DNA of 64,000 bases from an uncultured Nitrospiraceae bacterium (lineage in GTDB: Bacteria > Nitrospirota > Thermodesulfovibrionia > Thermodesulfovibrionales > SM23-35), in assembly GCA_963727775.1 (NCBI GenBank), contig CAVSHB010000001.1, positions 1,472,001-1,536,000 on the forward strand. The letters are read 5' to 3'. The notes beneath the pieces were generated by a model that saw only the letters and a list, made by a program, of their open reading frames with translations, was not told the DNA's origin and made no database searches. This document shows positions 10,522 through 20,289 of the stretch, in pieces. The position numbers were made by a program, and so were the translations under genes. The first letter of the stretch is position 1, and every line of letters starts with the position of its first letter.

Positions 10522-11616
10522 TCAGCGGATTTCCAGATTACTCAGGTTCGCGACAATATTTCCCACCGGTACTTTTGTTTCTACTTTTACCGGCATCTTT
10601 TTTTCATCATCAGTAAGCCAAATCAGTATGTCCCCGGTCCTTTGAAAAAGACCTTCTGATTTTAGTTCCGGCTTTACAATGACAGTACTCACCTCTCCAA
10701 GATTTGGCACGTCTATCTTTTCTTTTCTGAGCACACTAATTTCCGCCTTAAAGAATTTGTTGCTGTCAAACACATCAATATAAACTGTCTTTCCCACTTC
10801 AAGCCGTTGATCTCTCAGATAATAAAAACCTGAAAGAAGATCCCATACGACTTCATTATTAAGGGCGTGTTCACTTCTGTTGCCCTTCAGGTAATTGTAA
10901 AAGGTTATTTTCTTATCGTTCATGTCAAATATCGTCTCTTTATCGCTTTTATATCTGCCTTCGCGCTGCCTGATCCTCAGGTTCGACGGCATTCCGTCTT
11001 TGACAAGACTTTCAATATAATCTTCCACTTTATAAAAGGCGGATACAAAAGGGGCTGAATGGACCTGAGTGGTTATTCGCATCACGCCGTTTTCATTGGA
11101 TGATTCAAGGACAGCATTACCTGCATAGATACCGAGCCAGTATATGTCAAAGCTCAGCTTTTCTTTGGTATACCTCGCTGCTTGATGGGTCTCTCTCCGG
11201 AAATTATCATCAGCAATATTAGTGTTCGGCTTTATTTCAGGTTTACTGCTTTTAATGGCAATAGCTTCTTTTAGGGGTTGTGCAATATCCGTATTAATTA
11301 AGGCGTTAGAATCAATTTCCGGTTCCTTTCTATCTTCCGTTAAGGGGACATTTTTGATATTATTTATATAAGCATCTTCTTCAATGTCCTTGCTTTCGCG
11401 AGAATCTGCAGATAAGGGTGGTCTTTTCCCAGGTGAGGAAGCGGCTTTTGTGGATATTTCTTTTTCCAGATTTACAGCCAGGATCTGATTTTGCATCGTA
11501 ACGGGAAACGACAATCCTTTATAACCGGATAACCAGGACACAAAGGTAAAGTGGAATATTATCGAAAGGGAAAAAGATATAAAAAAAGCAGAAGAATTTC
11601 TTCTAAAATTCAGCAT
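10522..11616 (-). CDS. DUF3108-like exported/membrane-anchored protein
   Basis: N-terminal TM, disordered linker, EKLSFDIYWLGIYAG...IWLTDDEKKMPVK. Confidence 0.7.
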   Translation of the reverse strand: MLNFRRNSSAFFISFSLSIIFHFTFVSWLSGYKGLSFPVTMQNQILAVNLEKEISTKAASSPGKRPPLSADSRESKDIEEDAYINNIKNVPLTEDRKEPEIDSNALINTDIAQPLKEAIAIKSSKPEIKPNTNIADDNFRRETHQAARYTKEKLSFDIYWLGIYAGNAVLESSNENGVMRITTQVHSAPFVSAFYKVEDYIESLVKDGMPSNLRIRQREGRYKSDKETIFDMNDKKITFYNYLKGNRSEHALNNEVVWDLLSGFYYLRDQRLEVGKTVYIDVFDSNKFFKAEISVLRKEKIDVPNLGEVSTVIVKPELKSEGLFQRTGDILIWLTDDEKKMPVKVETKVPVGNIVANLSNLEIR

Positions 11617-11720
11617 ATTAATTTTATCATATATAAATTCGGCAATTTGCTCAATAGTATCTGCAAATGAAGCCTGATATTATTGCAATTATTTATATCA
11701 ACATTATCAAAGGGGAGAAA

Positions 11721-12586
11721 ATGAAAAAAAAGAATTAATTGAACTTTTGAATAGGGACCTTACAGACGAACATGCGGCTATAATCCGTTATCTTGTCCAT
11801 GGCTGGCTTGAAGGTGAAGACACACCTATAGGCGCAAGTCTGTTGTCAAGGTCAAGGGAAGAAATGTGGCATATGAATTGGCTTGGCACAATAATCGGTA
11901 AGCTGGGAGGAGAACCGGACTTCATTCCCGACCCGTATCCTTACGATCCTTCAAACAGGACGACAATATTCCAATCATATGTTGATTACGAGGAAAAACT
12001 GGTTCCTCATTATAACGGAGAAGCCGATATGGTTGATGATTTATATATCAAAAAGGTATTACAAAGAGAGGCATGGGAATCCGCAATTCATGCCAGAAAA
12101 TTCCAGCGGATACTGGACAAGCTGGGTCCTGAAGAGGCAAACAGCGCGCCGGGCGGCGATGTCAAATTGCCCGATAGATTCCTTGATGTCCTGCAGGAAG
12201 AGGTAACACATAAGTACAACGAGATGCTGCAGCACATTCGTTATTCCTGGGTTTTTCAGAAAAAAGGGAGCTTGGGATGGAAGCTTATGGACCAGGCTGC
12301 GGAAAAGATGAAACACCTTGCTCATTTTGCCGAGGACATCGGCGGTAATGGGATACGTCCGCAATTCAAGCCCGGTAGGATAGATATCAGTAAAGCCCTC
12401 GGGACGGCATTACAGAAGGCATTGGAAGATGTCAGAAAATCCCGTAAAAGGCATATGAAATTAAGCAAAGACAATGAATTTAAAAAGCCTGAAGGCCTGG
12501 TCATTGATCTTGATCTTACGATACAGCAGGAAAAGTATCAGGATGAAGAACTCGAAGGGATGCTCAGAGACAGCCGCGTCGACTAA
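11721..12586 (+). CDS. Tandem ferritin/bacterioferritin-like protein; 5' end out of frame at an A8 run
   Basis: Two ferritin-like units (EHAA..EEMWH; EML..EKMKH). RBS GGGGAG plus ATG 11721 joins the main frame (MKKKELIELLNRD) only with 9 A's; 8 are present. Confidence 0.7.
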
Positions 12587-12635
12587 AACAGCTTAAATAC
12601 CGTATCCACCGGCATATTTTCCCAAATAATCCGGG

Positions 12636-13691
12636 CTAAAGACAGAATTTATTTCCTGTGGGTATATCCCAGATTGTATTGTCGTCATTAAATTTAAGAG
12701 AGATATTGTGACAGCCGGACGGTATGTATTGTCTGCTCAATTCGGCCTCCCATCCGATTATAAAATCCTGATAGTATTGTTCACCGAGGTTAAAGTACTT
12801 TGCAACGTCAGGTCTGTTAACGATAAAATTAGCTTTAGATGAAATGCGTCCATCAACGGCAACAGAAAGGTTGTTTGTAGGAACACTTTTAACCGCATCA
12901 AATGCCCATCCCTTTATGATGATATATTTTGCATCGTCCGGTATTCTTACCTTACGGTCTTTAAAAAACTTGAAATCTTTGCAATTTGTATCATTTATTT
13001 GATCTATCCAGAATTCCTGATTTCTATAGCTGTCGTGATATTCATGATTAATCCAGTATAAAAGGATATCTTTACTATGCGCTTTTTTTGCGCTATCGAG
13101 CCATTGCTCATACTTCGAAAAAAAATACGGTCCGATCGACCGGTAGAATGGGAAGACGCCGTAACGGAACGAGAATTGCTTTTTCAGCTCGGATAAAGGC
13201 GGGTCATTCTCGATAGCCAAAGCTAAAGCGCTTACCATACCGGATCTGTCGGACCCCCGCCGGCAGTGAATGAGGATAGGCTTTTCGGACGTTTGGATGA
13301 TATTCAGGATATTCATGAGGTCGAGATACTTAGGGAGTTCATCAGCTGTCAGTCCGATGTCATACAGTTTTGCGCCATATTTTGTTGCTATTTCATTCTC
13401 CCTCATATGCCATGCACTATCAGTGGCTTTACCTGTGAGGTTAAGAATCGACTTAATACCCTTCTCCTTCATGGTTCTTTCGAGAATGTCGCCGGAGAGC
13501 TGTCCGCTGCGGTAGACCTTGCCTTCTATAACAGTGAAGACACTTGAAGAAAAAAGCAGAGCATTATAAGCAAAATACAATACAAGCGGGACCACAGGCA
13601 AAGCAATACAATAAATGAAAATCTTCTTCCATGCAACGCATCTTCGTTCATGTATCATCGTATTAGTATAACTGAAAATGGTAAGATCCAA
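12636..13691 (-). CDS. Exported/membrane-anchored tyrosine or dual-specificity phosphatase family protein with C-terminal Ig-like domain
   Basis: YRSGQL, P-loop HCRRGSDRSG (CX5R), N-terminal TM; C-terminal IKGWAFD...RPDVA; start uncertain. Confidence 0.8.
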   Translation of the reverse strand: MDLTIFSYTNTMIHERRCVAWKKIFIYCIALPVVPLVLYFAYNALLFSSSVFTVIEGKVYRSGQLSGDILERTMKEKGIKSILNLTGKATDSAWHMRENEIATKYGAKLYDIGLTADELPKYLDLMNILNIIQTSEKPILIHCRRGSDRSGMVSALALAIENDPPLSELKKQFSFRYGVFPFYRSIGPYFFSKYEQWLDSAKKAHSKDILLYWINHEYHDSYRNQEFWIDQINDTNCKDFKFFKDRKVRIPDDAKYIIIKGWAFDAVKSVPTNNLSVAVDGRISSKANFIVNRPDVAKYFNLGEQYYQDFIIGWEAELSRQYIPSGCHNISLKFNDDNTIWDIPTGNKFCL

Positions 13692-13757
13692 ATAGTTTTC
13701 TTCATCCGTAATGTGGTAAAATGCAAAAAATATTAAGCCGATAGAGGAGGATCTTTC

Positions 13758-14948
13758 ATGCTGTCTGAAAGGGCGCGCAAGATTAAACCTTCACCGACAC
13801 TCGCCATTGATGCAAAGGCAAAGGCGATGAAGTCGAAGGGAGTTGATATTGTTAATTTTGGTGTGGGTGAGCCGGACTTTGATACACCTGAAAATGTAAA
13901 AGAGGCCGCAATTAAAGCCATAAAAGAGGGGTTCACAAAATATACACCTGTTGGCGGCATAAACCCCTTAAAAGATGCGGTTATAGATAAATTCAGGAAG
14001 GACAACGACCTCGGATATGAACGCGAGGAAATTATTGTTTCGTCCGGAGCAAAACATAGTCTATATAATATTGCACAGGCGTTGTTCAGTCCGGGAGATG
14101 AGGTCTTAATCCTATCCCCTTACTGGGTATCATATCCCGACCAGGTTTTATTAAACGACGCTGTCCCCGTTTTTGTTAAAACATTCGAGACCGATTCATT
14201 TATGGTTAATCCTGATGCGTTAGAGTCTCATATAACAAAAAAAACAAAGGCCTTGATTTTGAATTCGCCTTCAAACCCGACCGGGCTCACCTATGACAGG
14301 AAGACTTTGGAGAGCATCGCCGGGATTGTCCTGAAGCACAATCTTTACCTGGTATCAGATGAGATATATGAAAAACTGACATACGACGGCTTTGAGCATA
14401 TAAGCATCGCGTCACTGGACAATAATGTTAAAGCAAAAACCATTGTTGTAAACGGCCTTTCAAAATCTTATGCTATGACGGGTTGGAGGATCGGTTTTGC
14501 TGCAGGACCCAAAGATATAGTGAAGGCGATGACAAATATTCAGAGTCAATCGACGTCCAATCCCACGTCCATTTCCCAGAAAGCCGCTGTCGAGGCGCTC
14601 ACAGGACCGCAGGACTTTATTAAGAAAATGCTTGAGGAGTTCGACAGAAGAAGAAGGCTTCTCATCGCAAAGCTTAACGCCATTCCCGGAATACGCTGTC
14701 TTACTCCAAAAGGCGCTTTTTATGCATTTCCAAATGTCTCAGAGTATTACGGAAAATCTATTGACGACCGGAAGATATCGTCTTCCGCTGATCTTGCCCT
14801 CTATCTTCTTGAAAAGGCCAATGTAGCACTTGTGCCGGGCAATGCCTTTGGCGATGATGCTTATATACGGCTTTCATACGCAACGTCTATAGATGAGATA
14901 CAGAAAGGAGTTGACAGGATCACAAAGGCTTTGGGTAATCTTTCCTGA
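13758..14948 (+). CDS. aspC: Class I PLP aminotransferase (aspartate aminotransferase type)
   Basis: GEPDF, NSPSNPTG, SDEIYE, SKSYAMTGWRIG, IRLSYA. Confidence 0.92.
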   Translation: MLSERARKIKPSPTLAIDAKAKAMKSKGVDIVNFGVGEPDFDTPENVKEAAIKAIKEGFTKYTPVGGINPLKDAVIDKFRKDNDLGYEREEIIVSSGAKHSLYNIAQALFSPGDEVLILSPYWVSYPDQVLLNDAVPVFVKTFETDSFMVNPDALESHITKKTKALILNSPSNPTGLTYDRKTLESIAGIVLKHNLYLVSDEIYEKLTYDGFEHISIASLDNNVKAKTIVVNGLSKSYAMTGWRIGFAAGPKDIVKAMTNIQSQSTSNPTSISQKAAVEALTGPQDFIKKMLEEFDRRRRLLIAKLNAIPGIRCLTPKGAFYAFPNVSEYYGKSIDDRKISSSADLALYLLEKANVALVPGNAFGDDAYIRLSYATSIDEIQKGVDRITKALGNLS

Positions 14949-14958
14949 GATAAAATAA

Positions 14959-15858
14959 ATGAACAATGAGACTATCAAAGACTTTCGCTCCGGTTATGTG
15001 TCGATCATCGGAAGGCCGAATGTCGGTAAATCAACACTTCTTAATGCTATCCTCGGTGAAAAGATCGCGATCGTTACGCCTAAACCGCAGACAACAAGGA
15101 ATAAAATTGTGGGAATCAAAAGCCTTCCCGAGGCACAGATTGTCTTTATGGACACCCCGGGGATACACAGGCCGAGACATAAGCTTGGCGAAGCAATGGT
15201 CAAGACTGCCATGGAGGCATTGAATGAGGTGGATATCATTTTGTTCATGGTTGAGCCTAAAGAACCGGATAGGGGAGACATGGCTGTCATTAATTTGGTT
15301 AATAAAATCCGTTCTCCTGTTCTGCTCATTATAAACAAGATCGATACCGTCAAAAAAGCCGATATCCTTCCTGTAATGGACCAATATAAAACATTGTCTC
15401 AGTTTAAGGAAATAATCCCGGTGTCCGCAAAGAAAGGAGACGGTATCAGCGTTCTTCTCAAAAAAATCTGTGACTATCTCCCGCAAGGGCCGCCATACTA
15501 CCCCGATGATCTTGTGACCGACCAATTGGAAAAGTTTATGGTCTCCGAGATAATAAGGGAAAAAATCATGGAACTCACCGTGGAGGAATTACCGTACTCG
15601 GCGGCAGTCGAAGTAAATAACTGGACAGAGAGGGAGGACGGCCTCGTATCTGTAAGTTGTAACATATATGTTGAAAGAGAAGGTCAAAAGGCTATAATAA
15701 TAGGTAGCAAAGGAGAAATGCTGAAATCTATAGGCAGCGCTGCAAGGGTTGATATTGAAAAGCTCCTTCAGACAAAAGTCTTTCTTGAATTATGGGTAAA
15801 GGTACGGAAAAACTGGAGAAATGACGACCAGTTGCTGAAAGAATTAGGGTATAGATAA
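14959..15858 (+). CDS. era: GTPase Era
   Basis: GRPNVGKST, QTTR, DTPG, NKID, KH domain, LELWVKV. Confidence 0.98.
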   Translation: MNNETIKDFRSGYVSIIGRPNVGKSTLLNAILGEKIAIVTPKPQTTRNKIVGIKSLPEAQIVFMDTPGIHRPRHKLGEAMVKTAMEALNEVDIILFMVEPKEPDRGDMAVINLVNKIRSPVLLIINKIDTVKKADILPVMDQYKTLSQFKEIIPVSAKKGDGISVLLKKICDYLPQGPPYYPDDLVTDQLEKFMVSEIIREKIMELTVEELPYSAAVEVNNWTEREDGLVSVSCNIYVEREGQKAIIIGSKGEMLKSIGSAARVDIEKLLQTKVFLELWVKVRKNWRNDDQLLKELGYR

Positions 15859-16311
15859 ATGCTGATCCAGATGAAAGTTGAAGGGATGCTGTTTGATCCC
15901 CGGAGCAATATGTATATACTGCTTTTGAAAGAGATCAACGGTAACGGCACGCTGCCCATATGGATCGGCAAACCGGAGGCCGATTCAATAGCATTGGCCT
16001 TGGGGAAGGTAGAAACACCGAGGCCGTTGACCCATGACCTTATTAAAAATATTGCCGACAGCCTGAAACTCAAGATAACAAAGATCATCGTTACCGATAT
16101 CCAGGAAAATACATACTATGCCCTTCTCTGCCTCAACGACGGGAAAAAGGAAACCGTCGTGGATTCGAGGCCAAGTGACGCTGTCGCTGTCGCCTTACGG
16201 GTGAGCGCCCCCATTTTTGTGGAAGAAAGCATCCTGGAACAGAAAAGCTCCGACGAACTTGAGGAGTGGCTTAAGAATCTTAAGCCGGAAGACTTCGGGA
16301 ATATTATGTAA
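15859..16311 (+). CDS. Bifunctional nuclease / DUF151 family protein
   Basis: LPIWIGKPEA, RPLTHDL, DSRPSDAVAVA. Confidence 0.92.
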   Translation: MLIQMKVEGMLFDPRSNMYILLLKEINGNGTLPIWIGKPEADSIALALGKVETPRPLTHDLIKNIADSLKLKITKIIVTDIQENTYYALLCLNDGKKETVVDSRPSDAVAVALRVSAPIFVEESILEQKSSDELEEWLKNLKPEDFGNIM

Positions 16312-17048
16312 TGCTGCAAAGGACTGAAGGCATTGTCCTCAGAACAATTCCTTTCGGTGAAGCAGACCTTATCGTTACGTATCTCACGTCTGATTTTGGA
16401 CTTATCAAGCTTTTTGCTAAAAGTCCGCGCAAGTTCAGGAGCCGTTTCGGAAGCAGTCTTGAGCCGCTGACACACTCAAAGATATCGTTCTGGGGCAAGG
16501 AAGACGCTCCGCTGCCGAAATTAACGCAGTCTGATATCATGCAGCCTTTCCAGGGCATCAGGGATATGTTGCACAGTTTTCTTAAGGTGTCGGAGATCAT
16601 TGAACTCACCATAAACTTTTTACCTGAAAGAGACGTAAATAGAAAGGCGTACTCCCTGCTTTTAGATACACTTCAGGTTATCGAAAAAAACCGTAATGAA
16701 AATTTTATGGCGCAACACTACAAGATAAAACTCCTTAATCTCGCAGGCTTCGCGCCTAAACTCAATGCCTGCGGGCAATGCGGTAAGAACGGAACGAAGT
16801 TCTATTTGTCCCATGGATCTGTCATTTGCGAGACATGTGCAAAGGGAATGGATTCGCCGATAAAGATTTCCCCTGCAGTTTTAAAACTCTACACAGACCT
16901 GCTTACATGGGACACCATAAAAATAAATCGGATCAAACCGTCAGACAGTCTTCTAACGGAGCTTTCAGGCATAATCAATATGCATATAAAATATATTCTG
17001 ACAAGACCTTTAAAATCCGAGATATTTATTCGATTGTCACATCAATAG
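16311..17048 (+). CDS. recO: DNA repair protein RecO
   Basis: GIVLRTIPFGEADLIV, SRFGSSLEPL, Zn finger CGQC..CETC. Confidence 0.93.
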   Translation: MLQRTEGIVLRTIPFGEADLIVTYLTSDFGLIKLFAKSPRKFRSRFGSSLEPLTHSKISFWGKEDAPLPKLTQSDIMQPFQGIRDMLHSFLKVSEIIELTINFLPERDVNRKAYSLLLDTLQVIEKNRNENFMAQHYKIKLLNLAGFAPKLNACGQCGKNGTKFYLSHGSVICETCAKGMDSPIKISPAVLKLYTDLLTWDTIKINRIKPSDSLLTELSGIINMHIKYILTRPLKSEIFIRLSHQ

Positions 17049-17423
17049 ATTTAAAGTTTGCAGATATAGTTTTTTTCAGAGTGATCCTTAAAAGCATACT
17101 TCAGCCACAAAGTCGCATTTCCCAAGTCGGTAGATGACTCTCAAATACTAAAGCAATTAGATAAGAAAGATTCACTGCGATGCAGATTCAAATAATAATA
17201 AATGAGGGTAGGCTTGGACTCCTGTATAAAAGAGGCTCCTGTATAACTTGACAGTTCCCCTATTTTCTGATATGAGAATAACAAGAAGGAACTGAGACAA
17301 CAGAAATCTAAGAATAGATTCATTCGAAAGCTTCATTTGGCATGAAGCCTGTTTGACTGTAATTGTTCGTTAAGGCTGCTCTACAGAGCCAAGAATAATC
17401 ACTACCATACGGAGGGCTATATT

Positions 17424-17777
17424 ATGACAAAAATTACTATGTATGCCGTAGTCTTAGTCTTAGTATTTGCAATAATCGCCATTTTATGGAGCGGAATATC
17501 TATGGGAGAAGTCGATCAAGGGAAACAACTTTATACAAATAGATGCCAGCTCTGTCATGGTGTCAGGGGAGATGGTAAAAGTCATGCAGCTGCGTTTCTC
17601 AATTCCAAACCTGCTGATTTCACCGATCCGAAGTTCTGGGAGAAAGAGGATACTAAGAAGATAGCAGAGACAATTGAAAACGGCAAAGGCGAAATGCCAG
17701 CATTTAACTTGAAGCCAGAGGAGCTGAAGGCCATTATCGATTACATAACCAATTCATTCAAACCAGAAACCAAATAA
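17424..17777 (+). CDS. Periplasmic monoheme cytochrome c
   Basis: Signal/TM, CQLCH, distal MPAF; RBS GGAGG. Confidence 0.92.
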   Translation: MTKITMYAVVLVLVFAIIAILWSGISMGEVDQGKQLYTNRCQLCHGVRGDGKSHAAAFLNSKPADFTDPKFWEKEDTKKIAETIENGKGEMPAFNLKPEELKAIIDYITNSFKPETK

Positions 17778-17781
17778 GGAA

Positions 17782-19155
17782 GTGGATATGGCTAAAGAGA
17801 TACTCAATAAATTTACCATACCGATAGGTATTGTCATCGTGTCAATATTGCTGTCTTTTAATAATGCCTCTGGGGTACCGAGTTTTGCAAGACAGGTGGG
17901 GATGGAATGCAATGCCTGCCATACGGTCTTCCCAGAATTGACCCCGTTGGGAAGATCTTTCAAGCTCGGCGGTTATTTAATGACATCGAGCGATAAACCG
18001 TATGAGTTTCCTCCGCCACTTGCGGGCATGGCGCAGATATCATATACGCATACTGACAGGGCTCAACCTCCCGGTTCCATCGACGATAATTGGGCAACCC
18101 GCATCACCTCGTCAGAAAACAATGTTATAAATATTCCGCAACAGTTGAGCGTATTTTACGGGGGAAGGATTATTTACAACGTAGGCGCATTCATACAAGG
18201 CACCTTTGACGGACCCAGCAACTCGGTTTTCCTGGACAATACCGATATCCGCTTTGCAAATAGCGGCACCATATTCGGGAGAAAATTGATTTACGGTATT
18301 ACAATCAATAACAATCCCACGGTACAAGATGTCTGGAACAGCACCCCTGCATGGGGTTTCCCATACGGAACATCCGGTATCGCTCCAACTCCTACCGCCG
18401 TAACAGTCATTGATGGAACATTAGGCCAACAAGTAGGCGGTATAGGTCTATACGCGCTATGGAATAATCTGATATATGCTGAAGCGACCCTATACAGGAC
18501 TACCCGTAACGGAATTACGAGACCTTTAGGAGCTGGGACACATAACGACATGGTAGTCGACGATGTTGCGCCCTATTGGCGACTGGTATTGCAGCAGCAA
18601 TGGGAGAAAAAACATTTCCTATCTGTCGGCACTTATGGAATGGTTGCAAGTATTTTTCCGAGCGGCAGCAGTAGCGGACCATCCGATAAGTTTACCGACA
18701 TGGCCTTTGATGCTCAGTATCAATATATTAACAAAGATCATATTTTCTCAGCCCAGACGACCTGGATTCATGAACAACAGGACTGGGATGCCAGTTTTGC
18801 ATTGGGTAATACATCCAATAAATCTGATAGCCTGGTTACGTTTCGAATCAATGCAAATTACTATTACAGAAGTCATTTCGGCAATATCGGAGGAACTGCC
18901 GGCTATTTTTCTACAACGGGCGATAAAGATAGTTTGCTATATGCTCCTGATCCGGTTGACGGAAATAGAACAGGGAAACCAAACAGCAATGGTTTCATTC
19001 TTGAGGCAGACTACTTACCCTGGAAAACAGGAAAGATTTCGCTTCAGTACACAATCTATAACAGATTCAACGGCTCCCATTCAAATTATGATGGATCAGG
19101 AAGGGCTGCCTCTGATAACAACACACTCTTCTTAATGGTTTGGCTTATGTTTTGA
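17782..19155 (+). CDS. cyc2: Cyc2-like fused monoheme cytochrome-porin (outer membrane)
   Basis: Signal peptide, then VPSFARQVGMECNACHTVFPELTPLGRSFKLGGY (Cyc2 signature), beta-strand-rich body, terminal Phe. Confidence 0.8.
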   Translation: MDMAKEILNKFTIPIGIVIVSILLSFNNASGVPSFARQVGMECNACHTVFPELTPLGRSFKLGGYLMTSSDKPYEFPPPLAGMAQISYTHTDRAQPPGSIDDNWATRITSSENNVINIPQQLSVFYGGRIIYNVGAFIQGTFDGPSNSVFLDNTDIRFANSGTIFGRKLIYGITINNNPTVQDVWNSTPAWGFPYGTSGIAPTPTAVTVIDGTLGQQVGGIGLYALWNNLIYAEATLYRTTRNGITRPLGAGTHNDMVVDDVAPYWRLVLQQQWEKKHFLSVGTYGMVASIFPSGSSSGPSDKFTDMAFDAQYQYINKDHIFSAQTTWIHEQQDWDASFALGNTSNKSDSLVTFRINANYYYRSHFGNIGGTAGYFSTTGDKDSLLYAPDPVDGNRTGKPNSNGFILEADYLPWKTGKISLQYTIYNRFNGSHSNYDGSGRAASDNNTLFLMVWLMF

Positions 19156-19546
19156 AATTATTGAAAAGGCGTCACTTGACAAGAATTTATGGATCTTATA
19201 CATAATAGACTCTCACACGGGTCTATTCTTGTTGTTGAAGTGTATATATAAATGCAAGTAGACATTATCCCACATGTTATAGGCTTACCTATTTGCACAT
19301 GAAAGTCACGGTATTTAACAAACTCCTAAAATGCGTTCTTGATGAAGAAATGTTGAATCCTCAAGTCGATCCATTTTTAACACTTTGTAGATGAAAGTGA
19401 TATTTTAGATAATGTCGTAAGCATCTCACTTATAGGGAGAAAGAAAGACAACCCGTTAAACCGCTGAAATTCTCTATTTCTATGTCTTATGAACTTTTTG
19501 ATCCACGGTTTTTCATGCCATCAGCCATTATCTTGGCAAAGATAGT

Positions 19547-19879
19547 TCAGAACAGAAGCGGCTTGAATTTGGCGAGAATTGTTGCAAGAGATGTCATTGA
19601 AATGTGATCGACAATCTTTATGTTTCGAGTCTTCCAGTCGACAGAACGAACCTGATCGGAGAGGGCGACCCCCGTGGTCTTTTTTGCACCATCGAGAATC
19701 ACCTCGAAAGGGTAACCTTTGATATTCGTAGTAATTGGACAGACAAGACAGAGTCCGGAGGCCTTATTGTAGTATTCCGGCGATAGAACAACCGCGGGTC
19801 TGAAGCCTGCTTGCTCATGCCCTAATGTTGGATCGAAACTCAAAAGGATGACATCTCCGCGATCTGGAATTGTTTTCAT
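19547..19879 (-). CDS. mazF: MazF/PemK endoribonuclease toxin
   Basis: PDRGDVILLSFDPTLGHEQAGFRPAVVLSP, CPITT, DQVRSVDW. Confidence 0.95.
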   Translation of the reverse strand: MKTIPDRGDVILLSFDPTLGHEQAGFRPAVVLSPEYYNKASGLCLVCPITTNIKGYPFEVILDGAKKTTGVALSDQVRSVDWKTRNIKIVDHISMTSLATILAKFKPLLF

Positions 19880-20121
19880 TACAAAAGCTCCTTTCCAACA
19901 GGACGTCCAAAATCAATCTCGCCATGCCGGTTTTGAGGAGTAATTCTGCTAACAAGTTCCCTTAACAAATACTCCTTCTTCCCTACAAGCTTTATAATAA
20001 TGCCATCGTCAGCTTCGTCAATCTCTACAGTGGAGTCAATACCAATCCCTGCCTTCTTCGCCAGGTCTTTGGGTATCCTCACGCCGATACTATTACCCCA
20101 TTGGGCTGTCTTCGCAATCAT
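19879..20121 (-). CDS. mazE: MazE (AbrB-fold) antitoxin
   Basis: QWGNSIGVRIPK, ITPQNRHGEIDFGRPVGKE; coupled to mazF. Confidence 0.95.
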   Translation of the reverse strand: MIAKTAQWGNSIGVRIPKDLAKKAGIGIDSTVEIDEADDGIIIKLVGKKEYLLRELVSRITPQNRHGEIDFGRPVGKELL

Positions 20122-20156
20122 AGAGCACCTCCTTTTAGCGACAGACTTTTGATATA

Positions 20157-20175
20157 GTATATCCTATGGATATAC
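20157..20175. promoter_or_regulatory. Probable mazEF autoregulatory operator
   Basis: Perfect inverted repeat GTATATCC-TAT-GGATATAC ~35 bp upstream of mazE. Confidence 0.6.
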
Positions 20176-20289
20176 AAAAGAACAAGCCCCCGGGAAACGA
20201 GATTACCTGATAGTACGCACCCACTATCACATTGCGCCAATAATATTTATCTTGAAAATGAACGCTGCTTCCGATAATATCTTCCGTAT

